Source: Eledone cirrhosa
Lineage: Eukaryota
Assembly: GCA_964016885.1 (NCBI GenBank)
Contig: OZ024764.1
Span: 19,220,001-19,284,000 of the forward strand
Length of the DNA stretch: 64,000 bases
Reading direction: 5' to 3'
Shown here: piece by piece, positions 54,588 to 64,000 of the stretch
Layout of the letters: every line of letters begins with the position of its first letter
Numbering within the stretch: position 1 is the stretch's first letter
Translations under genes and position numbers: made by a program
Notes under the pieces: generated by a model
What the model saw: the letters and a program-made list of their open reading frames with translations, nothing else
Told to the model about the DNA's origin: nothing
Databases searched by the model: none

Positions 54588-54795
54588 CCCTTTAGTATTC
54601 ACATTACTCTATATTTACTATTATATTTTCACAGTAAATGCTTTATCTCACATAATATCAAATCTATGAGATTTTCATGTTATTAATTTTGAGAACAATA
54701 CCTTAACATAAGTATAAATGACCAGTTACAGCCAGTTTGAACAGAAAGATGTGGGAGAATTCTGGCCAGATATGGCCAGTTTATATACTAAAGGT
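54588..54795. mobile_element. TTAA-flanked MITE (piggyBac-like); truncated copies at ~15088-15220 and ~34692-34824
   Basis: ttaa|ccctttagtat ... atactaaaggt|ttaa: imperfect TIR with TTAA on both sides. Confidence 0.7.
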
Positions 54796-54799
54796 TTAA

Positions 54800-57390
54800 A
54801 GAGATTAGGTGTAGAAGAATGGCTTGTGAGAAGCTGTCAGTAAAGTGTGTCTAGTGAGGAATTGAAGGTACAGGTAGGAATTCATCATGGTTTAGTTCTT
54901 AGCCCACTGTTGTTCATCATAGTTCTCCAAGCCATAACAGAGAGGTTTAAGACTGGCTGTCTATGGAAACTTCTCTATGTAGATGACCAACTATAGATAT
55001 AGAATTTGAAATGGTAAGTTCTGAGAATATACTTAGCCAAAACTAAAGTGCTAATGGATAGGAGAGAAGACCCTGACCCCTTCAGGAAAGTGGCCCTGCT
55101 CCATATGTAGAAAAGGAATACGTAGAGATAACCACAATGACAGAGACCTAGTTATAATAGAGGGGACTTCAATGGTCATGTTGGACAGCTCCAGGATGGA
55201 TACACTAGGGTACATGGTGGTCATGGTTATGGCTCAAGAAATGAAGGAGTGAGGCTTCTTGTATTTTGTGATGCAAGTGAACTAACCATTTGCAACACTT
55301 CAAGAAACCTACCAACCCCCTAATAACCTACCAATCAGGTGAACACCTGAGACAGATTGACTTCTTGCTAGTTAGGCAGTAAGAGAGATAGATGGTGTCA
55401 AATACTAAGGCATACCCCAGGGAACAATGTAACCCCCCAACATAGGTTAGTCGTTAGTGACATCTCAGTAAGCAAGAGACAAAGAGAGACATACAAGAAA
55501 GTGTGAAAAAGGAAGGTCTGGAAACTAAAAGACCTTTCACTAAAATATAAATTTAGGGAAGCCCTTCAAGATGTGTATGACGAAAAAGAAAACGATTTAG
55601 AGTCCTATGACATGGACGATAACATGAATTTCTTACGTGACAACTTACTGCAGGTTACTGAAGAAACTTGTGGCTGGAGCAGAGCTCCAACCAGACAGAG
55701 GGTGACCTGGTGGTGGAACAGCACGGTAGATAGAGCCATTAGAGACAAAAGGCTTGGAAAAATGGTAGGGGTAGAGACCGATTCACAGCCACTAAGAGAG
55801 AAGCTAGATGTCAGGTCTATTTAACATGCAGGGAGGATGAGAGTAGAAGGTTTGCCAATGTCCTGCGATGGGGAGATCAGAGATGTGCAGTGTTCCGCAT
55901 TGCAAGGCAGTGTGTCAGTGTAAATCAGGATGTTGGTGCACTTAGTGTCACTGATTCTCAAAAAAAAGGAGGCCTGGAAATGTCATTATGAGAGACTGAT
56001 GAATGTGGAGAATGAATAGGAGGGGAGCTACCTTCAGTAGACCCGACAGAAGGACCAGCTATTGAGATTGATGACTATAGGGTCCAATTAAGGAAATGAA
56101 AAATGGTAAGTCCGCTGGACTGTTGGGGATAGTTGCTGAGATGCTGAAGGCATCAAGAGAAGTAGGAATTAAACTGGTTGCATGCATCATTAATCAAGCT
56201 ATATATGGTGGTGTCATACCCAAAGACTGGTGCAGCAGTATTCTCATAAATTGAGGTAAAGGTAAAGGGGATGTTCTGGAGGGGAGTAATTATAGGGGTA
56301 TAAAACTGATGGATCAGGTTATGAAAGTGACAGAAAGAATACTAGCGCAACTTAGAGAAAGAGTCAAATAGATGCCCTCTTCTTAGTGAGACAACTACAA
56401 GAGAGGTTCTTAGAGAAGAAAACCACTATACTTAGTTTTTGTTGACCTAGAGAAGGCCTTTGATAGAGTACCCCAATCTGTCATCTGGTGGTCCCTAAGG
56501 AAACTAGGTGTAGAGGAATAGTTTGTGAAGACAGTGCAAGCTATGTACAGAGGTGCTGTCAGTAAAGTGAGGGTAGGCATGGAGTTTAGTGAGGAATTAC
56601 AGATGCAGGAGTACATCAGGGTTCGGTCCTCAGCCCGCTCTTGTTCATTATAGTCCTCCAAGTCATAACAGAGAAGTTTAAGACTAGGTGCCCATGGGAA
56701 GTTCTCTATGCTGACGATATGGTTCTTATAGCAGAATCAGTAGAGGAGCTAGAGAATAAATTCTGGCTATTGCAACAGCAGTTGGAATCAAGAGGACTGA
56801 GAGTGAACCTAGCTAAGACTAAAGTGTTGATGAGTAGAAAAGAGGACAAAACTGTCATTCCATCAGAGAAATGGCCTTGTTCAATATGTAGAAAAGGAAC
56901 TGGCATAAATTCTATAATGTACACAATGCAGATTTTGGGTACACAAGAGATGTAGTGGGATAGCAGGCAAACTAACAGGTAGGGAAAAATACATATGTAG
57001 TAGATGTACAGGGAAATTTGACAGTAGAAGTCGCAGTGATAGACACATTTTTCAAATGCAAATAGGTTCTATAGAAGTGGTTGATAGCTTCCGGTATCTA
57101 GGTGATCAAATTAGCATGGGAGGAGGGTGCCCAGAGGCCACAGTATCTAGAATAAGGACGGGTTGGAAGAAGTTTAGGGAGCTGCTTCCTATGTTGACAA
57201 AGAAGGGTTTCTCTCTAAGAACGAATGGCTTGTGATGCCTGCGTGAGATGTGTGATGCTGCACGGTAGTGAGACATGGACAGCAACTGCGGAGGATATGC
57301 AACGGCTGGAGAGAGATGAAGCAAGTATGCTCCGTTGGATGTGCAATGTCAATGTGCATCAACGACCAAGCATAGATGAGTTGAGAGAGA
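54800..57390 (+). mobile_element. Decayed RTE-clade LINE, copy 3 (more complete; preceded by a separate RT fragment ~54800-55125)
   Basis: Retains NYRGIKLMDQVMKV, FVDLEKAFDRVP, YADD and LHGSETW regions. Confidence 0.92.
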
Positions 57391-57439
57391 ATGCACAACA
57401 TGGCCATACCACTGCATGTGTCTCCTGTGAAACACATCC

Positions 57440-57795
57440 TTGAGGTTGTCGATCAGCAGTTTTTTTAGGAGCTCAGTTGAGCTGACATCATCCTCAATGG
57501 TCACACTACACATCCAGTGGATCATAGCTCTGTCATTTCTTCAGAGTCAATTCAGACAGTCAGACAACATGGCCCAGGTCTCGCTGGCATGAAACAACAC
57601 ACTTCTCCCACAGATGTTATAAATCTGCCCCATGGTGACTAATGGTAGCCAGCATGTCTTGAGGATTAGGAGAAGCTGCCTAAACTTGTTACCTGTGGAG
57701 TGGCACAGCACGATGGCAGTGAACTTGGCTCCACTTCCAGCTGACATGTCACACAGGTAGCAGAAAGATGTCACCACTTCCAGCTTGTCCTCACC
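57440..57795 (-). mobile_element. RTE RT C-terminal fragment of a second family, inverted relative to its neighbour
   Basis: VTSFCYLCDM...KFRQLLLIL...GQIYNICGRSVLFHASETWA. Confidence 0.75.
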
Positions 57796-58044
57796 AACAG
57801 GCCTCTAGTTATAAAGGTTATCATTGACCAACACTGACACCCCTCAGGGTAGACTGAACCAACACTTACACCCCCCAGGGTGTACTGAACGAACACTAAC
57901 ACCCCCCAGGGTGGACTGAACCAACATTTACCACAGGTCTATAAATAACTGTATTACCCTATCATGATACTATAACATTATAAACCTAAAACTCTGTGAT
58001 TGTGTCTTGTCTGTAATGTAATACAGCCAAAACGAGGCATAATT

Positions 58045-58705
58045 GCATAGATTAGAATGAAATGAAGCCTGCATGCTCTGTTGGATGTGTAATAGTAATA
58101 TACGTGAACGGCAAAGCATAACCGAATTGAGAGAGAGACTGAGCATAAGAGGAATCAAATGCTGTGTGCAGGAGAGGTGGTTGCGTTGGTATGGACATGT
58201 GATGCGTATGAAGGATGACAGCTGCATAAAAAGGTGCAGAGCACTAGAAGTCGATGGAAGCCGTGGAGTGGGGAGACCCAAGAAGACCTGGGATGAGGTG
58301 ATAAAAGCCGACCTTACCCAATTACACCTCTCAAAGGCGATGACACACGACCGTGACCTCTGGCGTCATGCAGTAATACAGAAGACCGACCACCCCACGG
58401 GTACAAGCTGAAGCTGAAGCATATAGACAATATGCTCCCACGCCCTCGTGGAGGTGCCACGACAAAAAAGCACCCAGCCCACACTGTAAAGTGGACATGT
58501 AGGCACCACGGAAAAAAAGCACCCAGCACTCACTGTAAATGAGGTTGGTGTTAGGAAGGGCATCCAGCTGTAGAAATCAAGCCAGAATCAGTTCCCATAT
58601 GAGCAAGACAAGGTCAGCTGACCGGACACTGCCCAAAACAGGACAACCTGTCCGACCCATGCTAGCATGGAAGAAGGGACGTAAAACGGTGATGATGATG
58701 ATGAT
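58045..58705 (+). mobile_element. RTE 3' fragment nested in the Helitron-like element
   Basis: ORF 58073-58411 (WLRWYGHVMRM, GRPKKTW), (GAT)n tail; replaces ~125 bp present in copy 2. Confidence 0.88.
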
Positions 58706-58825
58706 ATATATAGAGAGAGAGAGCTGGTGGTGTTGTAGAACGAAATTATTACTTGTGTGTGTGTGTGCGTGTGTATGAGTGTGTCTGTGACTAGGGTATT
58801 AAAACCACAGACACACACATATATA

Positions 58826-59676
58826 CAGAGTGCGGACGATATTTGTTCGCAAGATTACTGTCTAGGAAAAAATAAGACAGTAGTTTTATTTTTTAAGATA
58901 TATTTATCAAACTTGTGTCAGTTTGTCTTCATGACTTGTTCTTTCGATCTCACTCCATAAACCCGCCATTGGCTTTGATAACGGCCTCGGAACCAGCTAC
59001 AGGCCTTCGTCACAGTCCCCCGACTTAGGCCCCTAAAGGCACTTGTGATCCTGGCCTTCAGATCGCCTTTCGTATTGCAGCTACATCTGTTGGTGTCTCG
59101 TTCCACTGCGCCCCACACAAAGAAGTCGAGGGGGTTGCAGTCAGGCAAGCTGGGAGGCCAGATGTCAGGTGAAGTGTGGTCGACGAAGTTCTCTGACAGC
59201 AAGGCTTGGGTCTTGCTGCCACACGTACAGCCTACCTGCAGCTACCTGGTCGATCCAGGGCTTTACTACCTCACTCAGAACGTGGATGTAGCCATCGGTG
59301 TTCAGCTTGAGGTCCTCAGGGAAGAAGGGAGGTGGCTTGACGTCACCTTGACTGCTCATGACACCAAAGACCAATGTTGTCGCTGGAAACTTTGTCTGCA
59401 TGACTCTGGGCAGGTCTTTGGATGAGACAGCGAACCACCTGTTGTTCTGGGAGTTGATCTTCTGGTCCTTATTTGTCCTCCAGGCGCGGATTCCAAGAGG
59501 AACACTGTCTCTTCCACAAATTTGGAGGTTCAAAATTATTCATAATCAATTATTCGGAAAATAAATAATGGAAATATAGTCGCTGTTTTTATGAAGACAA
59601 GAGTGACAACGGAAGTAAAAACAATTTGCATAAATTTAGCAGTTGAAAATTGCGAACAAATATCGTTCACACCCTG
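58826..59676 (-). mobile_element. Tc1/mariner element (maT/DD37D-like), internally deleted, both TIRs present
   Basis: TA|cagagtgcggacgatatttgttcgcaa ... ttgcgaacaaatatcgttcacaccctg|TA; YVWQQD and WPPSLPDCNPLDFFVWG motifs; empty site in copy 2. Confidence 0.9.
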
Positions 59677-61200
59677 TATATACACACACACGCATATATA
59701 TAATTATATATATATGGGCCTAATAATTTCATTTTACATTATATACATGTCTGTGTATATTTTAATTATTTAAAAATTATTTTTAAAGGGAATGTGACCC
59801 AACAGGTCACAGGTGTTCTAGTAAGATTATAAATACAAACACACAAAAGATAGAATCTACTCAAACGTTAATATCTCAGACCCCAGTAGATTACTGGAAC
59901 TTTAATTTATCCACACCGTTAGATTGAAAGAGAAAGTTAACTTTGGTGGGATTTGAACTCATAACATAAAGGGTTGAAATCCCGCCGAGGTTAGCTTTGC
60001 CCTTCATCTTTATGGGGTTGATTTAAGATCTAATAATAGTTTCTGATTTAGACACAAGGTCGACAATGTTTGGGGGGAATAAGTTGATTAAATCAAACAC
60101 AGTTACTGTGAGATCACTTCTTTGATAGTTTGTTTAAAAATAACTGATTCACAATTTACGTATGAAAAGTTGACAAAGATTTACAAGTGGTGTTATCAAT
60201 AAATAGGGCCTTCAAAGTAGCAGGAAACGACTAGATTTGTAGATAAAGAAGTGGGAGACAGGATTATCAGAGTTTAGAAGAGCTACACACTTCTTCAGTT
60301 GGCTGGGAAATAATTATCTGTCCTTAATTTTATTTCTCAACCCCTTAGATGTTTGCCATCGACTTTTCTTCCTGAAAACGGAAACTCTAACCCTAATACT
60401 GGGGAATAAAACGTCTATTGCAAGTATCGAAGGGGTCCAGAGAAAATACTCGTGAGGGTACCTGGTTATTTCAGCACCTTAGCCACACCTTACCGAGGTG
60501 TTAGGTGATACCCGTGAGGGTACCTGGTTATTTCAACACCTTAGCCTCACCTTACCGAGGTATCAGGTGCTACCCGTGAGAGTACCTGGTTATTTCAGCA
60601 CCTTAGCCTCACCTTACCGAGGTGTCAGGTGATACCCGTGTGGGTACCTGGTTATTTCAACACCTTAGTAATGCTGCCAGTGTGTTGGCTTGCCTCAAAG
60701 TGTGTAGTTAACCCCTAAGGTGTGAGGTGTGGCCTATTATCACACCTGGTGGTCAATTGCCATCTCCCACTGTGTTTTTCTTTCCTTTATCATTATTGTT
60801 CAATAAATTATATTATTATACACAGTTTAGACAATATATTTGTAATGTCTTTCTCAAGGAATTGCCAGCAATTTATAATGTTATTTACACACTTATGTTA
60901 TTTATGTATATATTTAAAACATATTTACAACGTTATTCTACTGTAAATTTATACAATTGTAATAAAATATATTAATTATATCATCACATAATATAAAAAC
61001 GACCTTTAGAATATTTAAATATTTAGTTTTGTTAATTTATTTTTCAGCAACAACAAAAGTTTTCACTTTAATTAATTAGAGGTAGGCAAAATATAGATAA
61101 TTACGATAACATTTTATATTTCCAGTAATGAAACAAACAAGAAAATATATATTTGTGATGTGAAAAGTGAGCTTAAATCTAGAATATTAATAGACATAAT

Positions 61201-61515
61201 ACTTACATTATAGTCTCAGGTGTTTAGTATTTACAGAAATGTTTTCTAAATGATTGTTTCTACTTTAGGCACAAGGCCAGCAATTATCCAGTGCATTACT
61301 GGTACTTTATTTTATCGACCCCGTAAGGATGAAAGGCAAAGTCAACCTCGGCGGGATTTGAACTCAGATCGTAAAGGGACGTAACTATGCTGGAAAGCAT
61401 GGCGTCCGACCCTCTACCGATACTGCCAATCATGATGTCGTAGGAAGACTAACACGTGGACAGGAAGTCGACAACTGCACCACTGCGCATGCTTCAATGT
61501 TTTTTTTGTGACGTA
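61201..61515 (-). promoter_or_regulatory. Predicted promoter/exon 1 of ZNF copy 3, interrupted by a SINE-like insertion
   Basis: Same motif cluster at 61441-61515; donor at 61206. Confidence 0.5.
61255..61431 (-). mobile_element. SINE-like insertion with 5-bp TSD atgat
   Basis: Absent in copies 1/2; contains reversed B-box-like gagttcaaatcc. Confidence 0.75.
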
Positions 61516-63129
61516 AAAATATTTTTACCGAATTAAATTATGTAAAGTTTGTAATAAAAAAATGAAAGTTAAAAACAGTAAATGTAATTAAAATAGAGAA
61601 AGTAAGGTATTGGTGGTGAAGAATGGACGGTAGACGTTTCACCTCAGTCTAGGTAGTGTATTTTACCTGTGTCACTCGGACAATAGCCAGCGATGACCAC
61701 TACACCAACCACTCTCTCCTTCAGGTGTTGTCCACTTTCGTAAGTCTGTAGAATAACAGGGCAGTTGGAAGACAGAAGACAGCAGAGGAGGTCTTGACTT
61801 GAAAAGAGTATCACTTGATACCTCGATATAACCTGTTGGGAGAAATAGTAGGGTGCTGGATCAATCGAGTACCCTGGCAAAGATCACCGGGTATCTCGGT
61901 AAGATCGGGTAGTATGGAGGCTAAGTTGCCAGAAGAACTAAGTACCCTGACAGAGATAACCGGGTATCTCGGTAAGATCGGGTCATATGGAGAATAAGCT
62001 GCCAGGACAGCTAAGTACGCTGAAAGAGATCACCAGGTATCTCGTTAAGATCGGGTCATATGGAGGCTAAACCGCCAGAACAGCTAAGTACCCTCACAAG
62101 AGTCATCGGGTATCTCAGTAAAGCCAGCCGCCAACAGTGACAACAACTTCATTGTCAGCAGCCCAGCTTCTCAAACATCACAGACTGGAATAAATACTTT
62201 GCCGATAATTACTGGTAGTTTAGCTTTTATTTCGTTCGTCTACGGAAGCAGTGACCCTCACTTTTACTACAGCATGTAGGATGTGGGAGGGAGACAAAAA
62301 CATCACTAATGTGACAATTAGTTTTGAAAATACATATACAAGATACAAGATAAATGACTAGACTGAAATATATTTGATAGGGAATAAAGAGTAGAATATT
62401 CTAGTCTGTGGTGTTGGAGAAGTTTGGAGGAGATAGGTCCCTGACAACGAGGTTCTTGTTATCGTTGGCAGCTCTCCTTACCGAGGTGTCAGGTGATACA
62501 TATGAGGGTGTTTGGTAGTTCCAACATCTTAGCCTTGCTATCACTCGAGGTAAGACTGTCTCAGAAAGTATTAGAGGGAGACTCCGGCACCCCATGTGAT
62601 GTGAGACTGATTGACAGAGTGTTGACTTAATATTTTCATTTGTTGTGATTCTATGTGAAATATGTCTCCATGTAAGTAACTTGGTTACGTGAATCATTGT
62701 GAATCTCGTAAATACTTAAACAGAAATCTACTTAGGACACAAAATAAAGCAGATTCCATTGAACAAAGTATTTAAAGGACGTATATCAAAAAGAAGGGGG
62801 CGATGTAACGAGAGTTGTCTCCCCTTACATATGTTTTATGTTTTACTGTAGTAAAGATGTTTTCAAACAAACACGTGTACAAAATCCTATTGTGTTAAAA
62901 GTAATAATTACGTATGAAACAAATTATTCATTAAAGTAATTAGCAAATACGTTTTTATATATGGTGTCTCGCAGGGAGACCCACTCGCCTCACTCCTATT
63001 GGTGCTGACAGTTGACAACATGGTCTAGTTACCCCTGTCTGGTACCTAGATGACACAACCCTTAGTGGCCCGGCTGTGACAGGTTAAGGCCTCTCTATAC
63101 CCCAGTATATTACAGTCCAACATAACTGG

Positions 63130-63325
63130 GATGACATCAATTGTAGGTCTCTTCACACCAGTCACCTTCGAGACCTCAGAAGTACTTGGACCCCGTACTG
63201 CCAAGCTCCTCTGTAAGATCAGAACGTTGGTGGCCCTTCTGAAGAGGGAGTCCCATGAGGTTGGGGTGGCTGTTGCAGTGGGTGTCACTGTCCATCGTCC
63301 GGGGCGAATACTTTTGCAATCTTAT
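63130..63325 (+). mobile_element. C-terminal remnant of an RLE-type (CRE-like) non-LTR retrotransposon
   Basis: FTPVTFETSEVLGPRTAKLL then, in a shifted frame, WLLQWVSLSIVRG, resembling F.P...ET.G..G and QRLS.AI.RGN motifs. Confidence 0.55.
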
Positions 63326-63527
63326 CCACAGGGCGCAGCACTTCTGCCCCCTTGACCTAGACCCAAAGCTCAATTATTTGCTTGTTGCTGTGAGGACTTT
63401 CGTATTTAGTTCTTTTATGACCCTTCTTTGAAATGTAGTCTTTGTCTCATGTGGTGACCTCCTGGTAGTTAATGTAGCAGAAGACACTGAAGGACATGCT
63501 GCCCTCCCTAGTGTTGGTAACCTACAT

Positions 63528-64000
63528 CAGACATGTCAAACATGCGGCCCTTTGCAAGCAAACCTGCGGCCCACGCAAAGGTTTTTACAGTGCGAGCATG
63601 TTTCATTTTCGTAATATAAAATTTAAAACATTTTCAATACAATTATTTTTTTGTGCAATTTTTGTCAACTACTTTTAACTGCCATTAATCACGTGCAGCT
63701 CATTAACAGAAAACTTTCTTTCAAAATTTCAAAAGTTTTTGTTTTTGAAATGGTTAGTGCTCCTCCAGCTAAGAGAAAAAGGAAACTGAACGAAGAAGGG
63801 CAAGTGTTTCAAGAAAAGTGGGAATTACAGTATTTTTGCTCAACGCTGAACAGAAAGATACACTGTTTAATTTGCAACAACTACATCGCCACACCAAAAG
63901 AGTACAATTTAAAAAGACATTATGAAACAAACCCTCGATCTTACGATAAATATGAAGGCCCAATGTGTGTTTCAAGACTCAAGGAAATGAAGGTTAACTT
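63528..64000 (+). mobile_element. hAT (Buster/SPIN/GTF2IRD2-like) transposon left end; transposase ORF starts 63750 and runs off the window
   Basis: Terminus cagacatgtcaaacatgcggccc after accTAcat; MVSAPPAKRKRKLNEEGQVFQEKWELQYF...CLIC...KEYNLKRHYET. Confidence 0.82.

Overview
Eukaryotic, AT-rich, repeat-dense DNA. The C2H2 arrays ([10 protein letters not shown]...HTGEKP) and the RTE/SINE repeat types resemble cephalopod (Octopus-like) zinc-finger clusters; the taxon is an inference. The window holds three tandem copies of a ~20-25 kb unit (equivalent positions 1, 24404, 44959; homology of copy 3 ends ~62850). Each copy has a minus-strand C2H2 gene (10, 18 and 16 fingers), a predicted non-coding first exon and promoter 9-15 kb upstream, and a 39-bp intronic minisatellite (~292, ~120, ~97 units). 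Each also has a relic half-finger exon and decayed mobile elements (RTE, Merlin, Tigger, maT-like, Helitron, TTAA-MITE, SINE; hAT and CRE-like at the right end). Main observations: (1) the middle gene is a mosaic of a copy-3-type coding exon and a copy-1-type promoter/intron, switching inside the minisatellite; (2) the 39-, 82- and 48-bp minisatellites all derive from RTE LINE sequence; (3) copies 2 and 3 differ at DNA-contact residues and copy 3 has lost its ATG. The giant repeat ORFs are probably by-products of a 39-bp unit.
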